The notes under the pieces are model-generated. The model was not told where the DNA came from, made no database searches, and worked only from the letters and a program-made list of their open reading frames with translations. The position numbers and the translations under genes are program-made. From positions 76,198,001 to 76,262,000 of the forward strand of contig CM060731.1 in assembly GCA_030704615.1 (NCBI GenBank): a stretch of 64,000 bases of DNA, written 5' to 3'. Positions 36,250 to 50,700 of the stretch are shown here, in pieces. Each line of letters opens with the position of its first letter. Positions within the stretch are counted from its first letter, which is position 1. The DNA is from Takakia lepidozioides. Lineage: Eukaryota > Plantae > Bryophyta.

Positions 36250-37220
36250 TAATTTTTCATCTCTTTGCTCTCAATGGCACAAGGAAGAAGACACAAGAAA
36301 GACATCTGTGCATGTTTGTCTAGTCTAGGTTTGACTGGGAAGTGTTGAAGTAGTTTGCGTTGATCACGCCTGATGCTATGCTGCAGGTGAATTGTGGACG
36401 TAGGTTGCATATCATTATCATTACTGGTTTGAGTATGATGTGGCCACCTATAGGAAGACCGTGATAAGGCATCTCCACATAAACAGATAGGTTGACAGAT
36501 GGGTTGATACTGCAGATAGGTAGGTGAGGCCATGTTTATAGTAAATCTTCAAGGCCTTCATCAATCTGCTACCTACTAGGGAGCAGGAGCAGGGAGAGAG
36601 TGAAAGACTCTGAAAGACTCTTGCAGCTGCATTCTGGTAATAAGATACTTGCATTGCATCAGGAAATGGATGCATTTCTGCAATTGGGCATATTGCTTTT
36701 CTGTAACTTGTATTTGAGGTTACCTTCTGAACGGGAAGGGATGATGCGGATTGCCTCAGATACTGCTTCTTTCTGAAATTTTCATGTCTTCACTGTTAAT
36801 GGTACAAGGAAGAAGACACAAGAAAGACACCTGTGCAGGTGTATATGGTCTACATTTCACTGGAAAGTGTTGCTGAAGTTTGAGTTGATTAGACCTATTG
36901 CTATATTGCTGATGAACCGAAGAATCGTGGAGAGAGGTCATCACTGGATTGATTATCATGTGGCCATGTATAGCAATACCCCTGTGAGGCATCTTGGCAC
37001 ATGCTTCTTGGTATGTGACACTGCAGAGGTTGGGTGATGCCAAGCTTAAAGTAAATTTTCAAGCCCTCCGTCAATGTTCTACCCAGTTTGGGCGGGCACA
37101 GCAGTAGTAGGGAGAGAGTGAAAGGTTATGTGTCTGAAAGAATGATGTGTACATTGAGATCAAAGAACTGCAGTCATCCTCATGCAGATTATCTTCTAAA
37201 TGGGAGGGGATGATGTGGAG
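36250..37220 (-). pseudogene. Tandem ~520-bp duplication, probably decayed PPR N-terminal fragments
   Basis: Units at ~36250 and ~36776 share caaggaagaagacacaagaaagaca. The minus strand gives EACAKMPHRGIAIHGHMII and QVSFLCLLPC, similar to PPR L-motif consensus. Confidence 0.4.
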
Positions 37221-37856
37221 TGGCGTAGGTCTCACATCAAGAATGTTGGGCAGGATGACCCAGCAGGACAAGTGTGACCTAATGGTGCACATGACAAAAT
37301 GTACTGAAGCACCTGAGGAGGTGGCTCACCTGGCTGTAGTGGTATGGTTGGCCAAGCATTCTTGAGCTCCGAACTTCCAGACACGTACTAGAGTAAGAGT
37401 AAGAGAAAATTAGTTGTCCAAAATTTTTCACTACTTAATAACCAAGTACACACATCTAAGTGCAGGAGCTGAGGTTTGCATGTGCTAGACACCAATAGAA
37501 GGCAACCTATGGTGTGCTTAGTAACAAGTTTTCGGCATATATTCATGTGCAGCACCACAGGGCTCCAACTTGTTTTTGCCACTCGATCAAATCCTTCTGA
37601 TTGGAAGGAGATATTCTGGAAGAAAGCTCTGAATGTTGCATAGGCTCCCATATTTGCAATTTGCAAATTACTTGGGCTATGTACATCAGAAAAGAAGCAC
37701 GCTGATGTTGTCAATATCCGATTTTGTAAGCTCAGAGATTGAAGGAAAGATGTTTGTTCATGAACAATAGCTGGGGAGCAGAAGCAGGTCCTTGTCTCCC
37801 ACTGCCTGCTCTTTCAGCCTGCCTGCTTGACTGACCAGCAGTCTCCGCGTCCTCCG

Positions 37857-38420
37857 TCAATATTCACTTCGAGGACGCATCCTAACACTAGGGTGCAGGT
37901 GGGCTCGAGCATGTCTCTCCGCTTCACTGGCGGCTCTCCGAACCTGCTCTAGTTCCGAGCACATGAACATATAAAGCGAAATGTGCCACCTTGTGGCCTC
38001 GTCCAATTCATACATGGCTCTGTCTGCTCGCTCGTTAGCTTCTTTCACCTGCTCCTTCAACTCATCCACTTCCTCCGTCAACTCAGCCACCTGCTTCATG
38101 CTGTCGGTAAATTGGCCTCGCACAAACTCATACTTATTCTTGCATATCTCGTGCACGTCCTTGACTAATTCCTCAGGCACAATAGTCATCTTGTTGGCAT
38201 ATGCCTCCAATTGGGTTACTAACGCTGACGAGCCCCGCGTGAGAATCTCCTGCTTGGACACTACCAGTGAATCTGGTTCTTGTTCCAGAATCTCCCGGTT
38301 GGACACTACCGGTTCTGGTTCTTGTTCCATTGTCCTGGCCAACGGCTCTGGACCTGGCGCTCTCTCGATATCTGGGGATAAATTGCATGAACGAATTGCG
38401 CTACAGTCAAGCTCTGACAT
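37857..38420 (-). CDS. Orphan coiled-coil protein (187 aa from ATG 38420)
   Basis: Uninterrupted ORF with a heptad stretch QVAELTEEVDELKEQVKEANERADRAMYELDE and a short internal EQEP..VVS..EIL repeat. An upstream gt...tttcag looks like a 5'UTR intron. No family recognised. Confidence 0.5.
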   Translation of the reverse strand: MSELDCSAIRSCNLSPDIERAPGPEPLARTMEQEPEPVVSNREILEQEPDSLVVSKQEILTRGSSALVTQLEAYANKMTIVPEELVKDVHEICKNKYEFVRGQFTDSMKQVAELTEEVDELKEQVKEANERADRAMYELDEATRWHISLYMFMCSELEQVRRAASEAERHARAHLHPSVRMRPRSEY

Positions 38421-39902
38421 GGAGATCCTTTCAAAGTTCTGAAAGAAAAGTTGTCCAATTAATTGATCTGTCACTTCTGTCAAAGAAGATGCATTACTTA
38501 TAAAGCTCTGAAAAGGAGTCCGTTTGTGAGCAAATGATCTCCAAACCTCGTCTGCCTACAATTCACCCCGGTGGCTTTTCGTAACATCTTGCAGAAGCTC
38601 AAGTGTCTTTCGACGTTACGGCAGATGAAGATAAACTGGTAGCTAGACAAAACATTTCCACTCCTGTGGCAGAGCCTGCACATGGCATATATATCACACA
38701 ACATAGACTGAGATCGAGAAATTGAGACTGTGTACCAGTTGCAGCCGGTTACTCTGACCTTCAGGATCCCCAATCGCAACGCTCGAGAACAAATCCAAGC
38801 CTCAGGTCTAAGTAAATTCAGAGTTCATCTGAAATTAGCGTTCGTAATCAGCGAACGAAACTGCAGTAATGCGAGACTGAAGGAAATAAGTCGTTCTGAG
38901 TTCTACACGACTACCGAGGAGTTGATTGGCGTTATGCAGATCAGCGTTATGTTCCCTTGAGAGACATAGTAGAGACATAGATCTTAAGTAGCTATGATCT
39001 AAACTAGACTAAGTACTGTAAAGTATCAACCGCTTGAACTTGGAATAACAGTGTCAGCTTCTTCTAATTAGTAGTGTGGAACTTCCTAAGGTTTTCCCCC
39101 ACCTGCACGTGAGCATTAAGAAGATATCAAATAGATTGACTGAAGCAGAGGCTGGCCCATCGATGCTAAGGGTGGAAACAGCGAAGGCGTACGGGTCGGG
39201 ATAGCTAACCCATTGCTGGTATGAGCGGAAGATCGAGGTGAGATCTTCAAATGGTCAGGAGATGTTTTGTTTCTATCAGTATCAGACTATGATCAGTTAA
39301 TATTCTTGAGCAGTTTGAGTAGCACTACCTTGATTGATTTAAACTACAAAGAAGATTTATTCAGCATCTTGTAACTAGCTACCGAGAGTGCGAAGAGATG
39401 GTGTAGTTTCTTCCGAGCGAAGATACTCAAGTCTCACTCAAGTCTCTGCTGATCTAACATATGTTTGGATGCCTTCCAGCTTGCCCTGAATCTTTGACGT
39501 TCATGTTGATCAATGGTGTTGGAGCTCTCGATTTCCGTCGAAATTAGTGATGGTTTTTCACGGTCGAGGTCTTACACGTATATCTGCATGCCACCTGCAG
39601 AGTTCTAAGCACCAAGTGTTCAGGACTGTAGAATTAATAACATGTTTCAAAGAGCCTTCAATCGTTTTGAGCTGCAAAAGCTTGAACCGTCCGACCCTTA
39701 TGACAGACCTGTGAGTTCGAATGCGAGCATGATGGAGAACGTTAAGGGGCCCTCCGAACTTCGATGCTCGCAGGACCATAAGAAAGATAAGCTTTAGAGG
39801 TTACATGGAGGGCCTGACGCCAAGTCAACTATTGGGGCTTGGTCAGTCCCATTCGAACGGTGACCTCATTGGAGGGGGTTGGGTATAGATGGAAACAGGC
39901 CC

Positions 39903-39911
39903 TTAGGGTTT
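39903..39911 (-). promoter_or_regulatory. Telo-box (AAACCCTAA) upstream of the SET gene
   Basis: ttagggttt lies ~120 bp before the inferred ATG at 40028. The motif is short, so it could occur by chance. Confidence 0.35.
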
Positions 39912-40027
39912 ACGGTACGCTAGCTGGAACGTTCGGAGGGGGTTGCAACGTTACTACGAACGCTGAGTTTTCACACAGCCCGTGCGAGGATAGGACCTGT
40001 AATCGTTTGCGTGGACAAGCGTGTTTC

Positions 40028-43000
40028 ATGGCGAAGGTATGAGCATTGTTCTTATGTATTTTTTGTGCGAGCCTCGTGCCCTCACCTGCCCCAAGTCTAC
40101 AAGCTGATTGCAACGTCTGCCTGTGAGATGGTATAAACTTTGAAGGCTTGTTCATTTTTCCCTTCCAATCTGGTGACGGGGATTAGTTGTGCGTTCTCTG
40201 AACTTGTAGCCACGTCATGATTGTTGCTATGGTAGTGGCTGGGACATCACATGGACAGTGTCATTAAGAACTTGTTCAAAGAAACTGTACAAACGATGTC
40301 AGTCAGCAGTATTTCAGAAATGGAGTGAATAGCTTTCAGGAGGCGGTGAAGTCGACTCATGACTGTGTCATCACGTTGGCATCACCCGCACCTGATGACG
40401 CCCTGTACGCAAAGAAGCAAGTACGACTCTCACCTCACCTCTGGCATAATCTATGGGCACAATTCGAGCAGCCATGATGTCTGCTTTTACTATCTGCTAC
40501 AGCTATGTGTGGCTCCGTTTGATGAGGTGTGATTTATGTGGGCACACACCCACCTATTTACTACGGACAAATTTTACGCAGGCATTATTGGCGAAGAGGG
40601 CGCTACGTCTTACGTTTCATAGCTTGTCCATGGAGATGGATGGATCGGGGAGAAAAACATACCAATGTTTGCAATCTATGCTTCACGCAGCCCGCATCTT
40701 GCAGCTCACTGAGGTGAGAAATAATCTCTTTTATGGATTTCTGCATAGAGCCTTTCTCATATTTCATAGCTCAGGTTGTGCTTTTGAGTTCTCGAACAGA
40801 TTTTAATCTTTTACAAAGTTCTGCAACACTGGCATTGCTTATCCTCTTTTTAGAACATGGGGTGATTGTATTTGCAGACAGAACTATACTTTGTTGAAGA
40901 TGGTGACTGTGGTCCGTTCAGCATCCGAAATGAGATGCAGGCGCTGCTCTCTCTGCATGCAACTGTTTGTGACTGCATCAATGCCAGGGCAGTTGATGAC
41001 AGCTTTGTGCTATTAGGTCTTCGAGATACAATTGTCGCACATCTTAACTCATTTGAGGATGAGCAAGCAAGCAAGAGCTCTGGCACTCCCTGCACAAGTA
41101 GTAAGGATGCCACTTTCTTTGCATGGGCAGCAGCACAGGGCATCAAGAGCAGAGTGACCATTGCAGGTGAGCTTGCACATTCAGCTGGCTGCTGTAAGTT
41201 CCTAATATATTTTTGCTAGACATCATGACATTGTGGTGGTCTTTCCAGGGTGACTCACCTGACTTGACCTCAAGAGAGGCTATGTACCTTGACCTTCAGC
41301 AGGCTCTGATCTTACAGCCATGCTTTTGACTGTTGGCAGTGTTTGAAGAAACTGGAAGGGGTGTTGCAGCTGAAATGGATGTACAGGCTGGTGAGCTTGT
41401 TCTGGATGTCCCTGAAGAAGCAATAATTTCCGAGGATTCAGCGATGTTTTCTGACATGGTATTCTGAGGGCTTCACAGTGTAATCCTAAGCATGTGTGGC
41501 AATATGAGAAACTGTCACAGATAGGATGGTTGTTTGAGTCATAAATATTAAGTAGTATTGAGCAGTGTTGCTTTTATGATTGGCATGTTGTGAATCTCTT
41601 GCAACTTGGAAGGAAGGAAGCTTCTGCAGTGCTTTTCCCTCTGCTTCCATGTCACATAGTAGAATTCTGAAATGCGGTGTGGACAGTCAAATCTGGTTAT
41701 CTTGGAATTGAGGACAAGACACATGCAAATGCAAGAACATCCTTATATCTCTTTGTCACACATCAGACAGGCTTCTTGTTTGTGGAGGTATATACCAACT
41801 TATTTAGTTGCTGTGAGGCAGGGTGCCACTTTCCAAAAAGTTGCTGGGCTAAGTGGAGAAACAAAGTCTTTGTTGTGGAGCATGAGGACGCGACAGGATC
41901 TGATGTCAAAATTTGCACCCTATTTTGCATCTCTGCCTGACTCGATTGGTACAGGTATATGTCCCATTTTACATCTATCATTAGAGGCACCTTATTGTTT
42001 TCTGCTAGCTAAAATTGTGATAGAGCTTTCAGACCACCCCGACTGCTTCTCTTTCACACTGCCAACTGTCGACACATGTGAAATATCTTGCTCCATTTAA
42101 CAATGCCCATCTCATAGTTGAGGCCCAATCTAGACTGATGTCTAGTCAACTAAGTTTGAAGGATGATGCAGGATTGAGCTTCGGGATGGGTGGTCTGAAA
42201 GCCTTGGAGGGCAGTCTTGTGCTGGAGGAGCTCCTGTATGCTCAAGAGGTTGGTGGCAAAGCAGCCCTCCTTCCTAAGCATGCCAATCGTTTTTGAATGT
42301 CCATCAGTGCTGCTCCTGGGCTTTTTGTACCACTAAGACTGGGTTTCATTTGAGACACCCATTCCTGCTAAGTTTACACCATAGGTGAAATTACTGATGA
42401 AGGTCTCACCTGGTAAATTTGAATCAGCATCTGCGCTCGCAGTACAACTCTTTGTTTCCATCATTGAGTAGACAATATCCGGAGGTCTTTCCTGAAGAGT
42501 TCTTCACATGGGAACATTTTTTATGGGCAGCAGAATTCTGGTATTCAAACGGCATCAAAGTGGTATTTCCTGATGGAACAACCAAGACATGCTTGATTCC
42601 CATGTTGGGCCTCTTCAATCACTCGGTATGACCCTACCTTGTCCAACACCTCAACAGCCTTTTCTGGCATGGTGTCAGCAATGGAGTTGTCGATGTTAAC
42701 CAGTTACACAGCTAGGCAGTGGCCCCAAGGATAGATGATCGAGACTTATGTTCGCATTTCTGTATTGCTATGGTAGGATCAATCAGTTGACCTGGGCCTG
42801 TAAAGCAGGGTCACTACCATGTGTTGAGACATTTGAGGTAGGCTTTCAACGCTTGTTGAGCACCACATGCTGTTCCTTCTAAACATGCTCTCATGTGTAG
42901 GTGTACCCGCATGTGACTCACTATAGCACAATAAATGCAAGCTCAAACTCACTGCAGCTGTTCACAGTGCGACGTTGCAAGGCTGGAGAGCAATGTTTTT

Positions 43001-44215
43001 TGAGCTATGGAGCCCTCCCCAATTCTCATCTCCTTACCTTCTATGGCTTTGTCCTCCAAGCCAATCCATATGACATAATCCCAATCGGTAAGTTTCGGTA
43101 CAATCATGTTAGCCAATTCCCAATGATTGGAGATGATATCTATCCTCATTATGCAAGGAGCTGGTGGCCGCTGACTGACTTCCAGATATGTGTCCACAGA
43201 TCTTATCTTTCCGGAAAGAAAGTGCTGCAGTTGGTAGCATAGTTCCTGTGGTGGCAAGTACTCTTAAATGAATCATTGAAAACCATAAAAACATGTATGC
43301 TTTGGTTGTAGACTAGTTTCTTTTTGTCTGATTTCTGAGTGACAATCTAAGCAGCCGCTCACTGACATTCTAATTCAGCATTAATAATGTGGTGCTATGT
43401 TGTGCACAATAGTATGATGTTCTGTTGCAGGCAACAAACATGATATTTTGGGGGCACCTTGGATGGGCCTACATGCAGACCTGGATATGGAGCAGATTAG
43501 CTGTCAAGCACAACACATGTTGGTAGAACGATATGAGATTCAATCCTCTCACATGCTGCAGGCTGGCATGCATGCTTTGCCATCACGCTTACTTGGTGCT
43601 CTTCGTGTTCTTTGCATGGACCAAGAGGAGGCCACACTATTTTCGGGCGATCCCAAACAGACAGTGGTGAGATCCGAACCAATTCCTTGTCCCCATCACA
43701 ACATTTAGAGTGCTGTCTTTATTTTTTCCTGCTTCTCATCCATACCTACTTCGGCAGGTCAGTGCAGAAAATGAAGAAGCTGCAGTGAATGTATTGCTTT
43801 CAACTGTTGAAGCTCTGCTACATTCTCTAGGGGCTTCAGATGAACCTCCAAGGTACGACACCTCAGTGGTCTGCTTTCAATTCACATCATTTCTATGTAG
43901 TCTCCATGGTCTGGGGCATTGCAGCCCAGAACTCCAGCACTCTACTCAATTGTTACGAGGTTCTTCACGCTGCAGAAGGGTTATCCCACAGCAGCACTCA
44001 AACTTGTCTGAATGCTGAATTGCTTAGTACCCTTTTGGTGAGAAGGCTAAATTTGGCTGAATTGTGCTAGGCGTGAAGCACTTGCAGAGGCAAGTAGTAC
44101 AGATGCTTGGGATGTGCAGTTGGCGTGGCACTTCACATGTTCCCAGAGAAAACTCCTCCAAACTGTCCATTCACTTTGTTTGAAATCTATGAGCGAAATT
44201 GGTGATGAAGACTGA
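40028..44215 (+). CDS. SET-domain protein-lysine methyltransferase (Rubisco LSMT/SETD3-like); exons ~40028-40036, 40340-40420, 40582-40713, 40878-41166, 41340-41458, 41822-41954, 42172-42248, 42428-42625, 42901-43087, 43479-43666, 43758-43852, 44071-44215
   Basis: TGRGVAA, FAPYFASLP, FTWEHFLWA, LIPMLGLFNHS, AGEQCFLSYGALPNSHLLTFYGF, NPYD and VSAENEEAAV. GT-AG junctions keep the frame. The first micro-exon (MAK) is inferred. Confidence 0.88.
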
Positions 44216-44765
44216 ACAAAGTCAATCCTGAGAAGTGAAGGATGGACCTGAACAGGTTTTCAAATTTTTGCGATCTGAATTGTTTTTGGTCTTTGAGACT
44301 TAAGGTGTACCTTATGTGTTCAACAATTGTTCATGGCAACTTGAATGATGAACATCCAAGTAGCAAGTTACCTGCAGTCTGGAAACCATGTGTGATGAGG
44401 AGAGGAAGAGTCATTCCGAACAAGTGCCCACTGTATGGGTTTCTAACTGAATTATCTAGGGAGAGCCCTGCTGAGGTCATTACCTGCACAATGTTGGTGA
44501 GCTTGACCAGGTAATGACCACAACAAGGCCTATTCACAAGTGTAAATAGCTTGATGTAGATGGAATTTGCAAAGTACATTTGATGAAAAAAACTCTCCTG
44601 CATGCACAGAAGTAATCAGCATTATATCATGTGACAGTGAAACATATTTGTAGGGTGCATCTCTTTCTCAAAGATAGTAATGTGGACTTCAACTATGCCT
44701 TCAACCTGGTATGGCCATTGTATTTCAGTTCTCAACTTCAACTACTAACCTCACCTAAACCTCAC

Positions 44766-47700
44766 CTAAAGTGGGCTCACGTGCCTGCACTCATTCAGAA
44801 AGAGGCAACCAAATATGTCGTTGAAAAACTCTACGCCCCGCATCAGTCCTCTTTCTCCTACCATGCTCTCCACATCATACTTGCATGCTCTCCCACAATC
44901 CGGACAGTAGGTGACCTGAGCATATACAGACTGAACTGTAAGGCATACTCCGCTGTGACATAACTTTCTTCTTCAAGTTGTGGTGGCAAGTCAGTTAAAG
45001 AAAAATACTTTGGATAACAACCTGGCAAATTTTTGGACTTCACAAACTGACAAGAAACCATGAACATGTTCTCCAGTCAAACTTCCATCCATGGCGAGAG
45101 TCTTGAATTGGTACCAGCATCAAGCACATATTTGAAACCTACCTCTAGAAGCTTCGGATGGAAGGAGTTATCCAGCATGATGTCAACTCCATAAATAGCC
45201 CTTGATCTTGAACAGTGCATTTCTGGATGCAATGCCACGGCTCCCTCGAAAACAGCACGAAGAACATCCCTCACTCTCTTATGTATGTCTATCCATTTCA
45301 CTGCACATTGATTGACAAATTATGATAAAAAAGAGACTACGCGCAAAATGAACTCGTTGGGTATGCATAGTCTCTTCGCATTTTCTTACTGCATTTTTTC
45401 CTCCGCCCAACCACTCTTCTGTCATCCACCCTCACTCCATACCCAAGGGGCCAAGAAGATAATTTCAACATCAGTGAAGAAACAGCCGATAAAGTCCTTT
45501 GGTTCCAAACAGCCCTGCTCCACCTAAGGCACATCAGATCAAAATAGACTGGAAAGAGAGATGGACTGAAGCATTTATATTACCATTATGCTCCTTCTCA
45601 AACTGAGGAACCCAGTCGTGAGCATTGATGTGATTCAGCGGCCTGGTACCATAATTCTGCAAATCAATCATACCCACTTTCCTATATGAATCCTGCATCC
45701 AGTAACTTCTTGATTTCTTCCCAAACTTTAGCTGCATAGTTGGGATTCATTCTGTAACGTTTAGGGTTGGGCTGAAAAGACATGGTAGTTATGGAATGCA
45801 GAATTTCATTTTCCTATCGTAAAACCCAACTCCACAATAATCACCCCACGGAACAAGGAATTTTTGGTGAAAATTTGAACAGTCATGAATGGACAATTCG
45901 AAAACAAAAAAGGGGAAATAAGCAGATCAAATCTGGCTTCAGTGGACACATCTCTGTTAGAGGGACGATTGGTTTGTTTTGAGTGCAAAAATCAGATCAA
46001 TTTTTTGGGATGTAGCTGACAATACTTTCTGCAACACAGTGTGGGGCTACATATGATGAAAAGCACTACACTCTGTGTGGTATGCTCAACCGTGTTTTGT
46101 TGGGGGTTCGCATATCATCTAATAAGGCTTTGAAATGGTAATTTTGCATCTGAAAACATACTATGGGACAGGTATATCATTTTAAATATGATAATAGGTA
46201 AAACCTCCATGTTGGATAATGTAATGAACTGGGAAAAGTCCCAGGATGACACCCCACATCAGCCTATCATGCCCTACCCTTAGTTAACACAATTACTACA
46301 GACTTCCCTGATTCTTCGACTTTAGCACGTATCCTCGTGCAGCAAATTTCTAACATATTTGTACAATGCAATAAGTGCCACAAGGCCATTTCCCCCTTCA
46401 GACAGGGCAAAACATGAGGACAGGCTGCAGGACCTTAGTAACCAGGACTACACATGCAGGGGAACATTATGAGATCTTGAAGATGTTACTCACCATAACT
46501 GTGAAATGAGTGTCATAGTCTGTAAGGCTGCTCTCTTCAGTAGTGTACTGGTTGTTTGAAAATCGAGCCTGCAGCACTACCCTCTTCTTGTTATTGATAC
46601 TCTCAACCCACGTTCTTGATCAGATGTGACTAAGTCACCTCCGATGTTGTTGCCACTCCAAGATTTCAAAACCCCAGCATAAACAAATTCTGTCATGATT
46701 GAGACGAGAGTAACACTTAATACTTAATAACCTTGTCAAAATCCCCTGGCTCAAATGAAGACAAAGAAGGTAAGAGAATTTCAACATAGACAAAGAGGTG
46801 AAGGCCAGAGGGAGGTCAACTGGTACCCAGAAAACATCAGAGAGGAATATCTCCAAGGGTTGCACACTCCTCAACAAAATGATGTAGCGCAGATCAAACT
46901 TGCGCCCCTGGTAGAGGGCAGGCTGCTCAATATACTTTTGGCCAATCTTCGGTCCTGTCTCCACCAGTCGCACCAGTGCTGGTAAGCTCCCTGTCACAGT
47001 AGTGTCGATGGTGCGTGCCATGTTCCACGGTTTCACAATCCAAAGATTGTCTCGTCCCATCTCCTCTCTTTCCAAATACTCGCCAATTAGAGCAGGTAGC
47101 TGTGTCTCCATGTTGTAGGTTGGTTGGATCCAGTCTGGCGCCCCGCATGCCTAGGCACAAAGTAATACAACACAACTGAGCTAGATGCACAAACCACACT
47201 GACTACACTTTAAGGTATGATGTATTTCCAGCAAATTCCAATACCGTATTGGCAGATGATCTCTTAGAGGAGCTGAAGCACTGAATCCGTGAGGATTATG
47301 GACTAAGAACTAAGAAAACTCCAGTCACAGTCGCATGCCCCAACTGTAAAGATGGCTGAGCAAGCCCCCCCAAGTCCCAAGACTGACCAGTCATACATCA
47401 ACCATCACCCACTTACGATAGATACAAGATTTTGCATGCTACTAATGTATTTCCATTTCCCTCATCACCTGAGCTTTTAGTAAGCGTATATGAATTTCTG
47501 ACTTTGCTTATAAATGCATCTATGGATTAAGAAGAGACAAAGATTAGACATGAGGGAGCAGAAAAACCTTCTGGATTGTCTGGGCTAAGTGGTGCTTCAT
47601 CACAAGGCACGCCTCTAATGGGAACTGATTGACATACTGGTGCGATTGTAGCCACCATGCTTTCTGCAACTCATCGTCTATTTGCATGTGTGTCCATATG

Positions 47701-50700
47701 ATATCGGCTTTCCCTGGGTCCTCAACTGATTGTACCAGCCCAAAAGAAAAAATACAACCAACTTCCATATCCATCAATAAGAAAATAGAGAGTTCATTCA
47801 CATCATTACCCCTCCCTCCACAAATACAGCACTTTTCCTAATCTCTCAATCTGACAGCAAGCCTACGACACTCAGAAAACATAAACTGAAGCAATAACAA
47901 GGAGCATGCAGACAACAGAATCGTGAAGGAAGATGAGGCCAGACATTCAGAAAACATAAAGACCGAAGCAGCATGCAGACAAACAGAATCGTGAAGGAAG
48001 ATGGAGGCCAGTAAGGAGATTACATCTCACCGAACACGAACTCAGGCCGACTGAGAAACTCGGTAACTGCTGGGATATCACAATACACAGAAAGAGGCCC
48101 TCCATCACTTGGCCGAGCACTCTGTGTAGGAGCACCACTTGCAAGAGTCTTCATCACTCTGGCTGTCATCAGTTGATTGTGATGCATTTGGTATTCCTGC
48201 AATCATGAAGACTCATATTTAGAGAAAGAAAGTCCAAGTAGGGAAGAAGGGCCCTTGCCAGCTCAATATCTCCACTTACAGCCTTGGTGCTGCTTGAGTA
48301 TGAATGAGAGTAAGAATGTCAATATATCCTGCATCATATCATAGCTGCAATTGGGTTCAAACAGCAAGATATGAGCTGCAAAGTGCTGTACCTTGGTCAA
48401 CATTGAATGAATTGTATACTCGGAGAGACTTGATTGTTCAAGGGACACTAGCCACTTAAGGAGTCTATCCGTCTCTTTAAAATGGCACTTGAAAGCAAGA
48501 AAAGCTCCACCTGTTTGAAAAAGCCGCATGGAGTCTGGAACCAAGCAGACAGGCGTGAGAAGCGCTGCTTCTCTTCTCCCACTCCGAACAAGTAGTCACG
48601 CATGCATTCGTCCCCTTTTTCTAGGTCTTGGATAGGCCATAGCAATGAATAGCTGCAGAAATGATCTGCCATAATTAGATATTCCAAAGCAAAGTCAGCT
48701 GACAATATTACCAGCTACTATGGAGCCTGAGTGCTCTCTCTCACTTCTATCAAGGATCAAAAGTTTCATAAATTTTTCCACTGCAGAGAGATCAACTCTG
48801 AAGTAAAAAAAACCATGCTTTGCCACGCTATAGGCCTACCCTGGAGTACGCATCTGCTGTGTGGGCTGACAACTCCAACCGGGCCAAGTCTCTAAAGTCC
48901 ATTCAAGAGGGGGTGCTCAAGGAGTGCATGTCAGCATGCTCCAAAACAGCTGATGTGGGTGAGTTTGGCATTTCTCCCTTAAGCTCCTAACACGATGAAT
49001 TCAAGGTCAGATGGTGGGGTAAGCTGCAACGTACGACTAATACCAGATATATTAAGTTAATTGACTCTATATCTTGGAAGCAGGAGCCCCCTGTCAAACA
49101 GGCTAAGTCCTGGCGGAAGAGGGTAGAAGAGATTTTCAAGGATCTGAATCTAAGTCCACAAGCCATGACCCTGCTGGATAAATTTGACTTAGAGGCTGAA
49201 GTTTCCAAGGCCATGTCTGTTGCCAGGAAATTGTCTGATGTGTGCGGGCAACCTGACGACAATATCCACTTCCTGATTCATCGTCCTGGGTACTCTCACC
49301 AGAGAGACAACCTCTTCAATTCCATCAAGGGAATTGTTCCTGTACATCTGTTTACCAACTTCGAAAATATCGTGGCTGAGCCAAAAGCCCAGGCCCTTTT
49401 GGGGTCTAGATATTGGGCAAATCACAAACAGCAGATTGATGTTTGTGTGAAGGGATTTCTAGAGGATACCTGGAAAACTCGGATCAATTGCATGTTTCAA
49501 GGTAAGTCATACTACCTTCGTCAGCCCCTGACAAAGGTAGTTTCTGTCCCTTTGTGTTCCGCTCAAACTGGGTGCGGGGTCAATGGCCGCAAGGCTACGG
49601 CAAACAACGTCTTATGAGTACATTCTACCAAGATCAAAGTTTCTCCTTCGTTTCACCAGACACCAACATCTAACCTCCTCTGCAAGATCAAAAATATCTG
49701 CTTCACCAAACATCAGAGCTTAAGAGGGAGTGTCATTTGAGATGTTTCAAGAAGAGAGGGAGACGGACACACGAAGAGAACCTGATTGCAGACTGAAGTG
49801 TGCCATCAGGTAAGAACATGAAGGGAGCAACCCGGAAGTTGGGTGCATCGCTGTGCCGAAGTGCGGACCCCAGTTCATCCATTACGTACCTGTGATAATT
49901 GCTGTTTATTCAAAAACCCACTTCTTGTCTAATCTGGCAATGTACAATAGAACCAAACCCTGGCCAAGACATCAGGTTTCCAAGCAGGGTCAGCTCATGA
50001 GCTGACAACCAAATGTGACTGCAAAGACTCTTTGAATGGCCAGCATGACAAAAACCCTCTCAAAACCATACATTAATAACTAAAAGAAGTCCTTGAAATT
50101 AGAAGTACTTGGATAACCCAATGAACCAAACATACCTCTGGATAAGAATATCGAGAGAGTCAGTTAAAACATTCAGGATCTTAGAAAGAAAATGGAAGAT
50201 GTACTTACAAGACTGTAGAATTGTTTTATGGCTCAGTCGCCATGCATCCCATAAAAGCAGGGAGTTTGGGAGTCATCACCAGTCAGAAGAAGAGAGTGAC
50301 ACAAAAGAGTGAGAACAGGAAGCAGGAACGGAGAGCCAGCAAGGCCACCTTTACCAGATGGGGGTCTCATCAAGCTTCTCTTCGTCAGCTAGTCTGTATG
50401 TCAAGATATATTGCCACATAGCACTCATCACTCGCTCCACCAGGGGCTCACAGAGGGAAAACACGGGCAGCCGTGGTCTCAGATTGATGTCTAGCACTTG
50501 ATTTTCTTTTTCAAGAATTTTGGTCGCACTCATACCATTCAGTTCATGAAGGGTTGGTAAAGCTTCCACAATGCTCACCGCACTGATCCCAAAAGGTCCT
50601 GGGATGTCTACCTGCAATCAATAGAGCCCATTCAAACACACCATGTCATTTTCAGTAATACCGGCTTCATTATACTGACCTCACTTGAGGGTAGAGGAAG

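Noticed and set aside
47874-48011. ~70-bp tandem duplication in TTLL12 intron 9
   Set aside because: It does not include splice sites and no functional consequence is visible.
48768-48830. Shared fixed 5' end of LINE copies (SINE-like element)
   Set aside because: Copy 1 continues further into RT motifs up to 13470, so these are ordinary independent 5' truncations.
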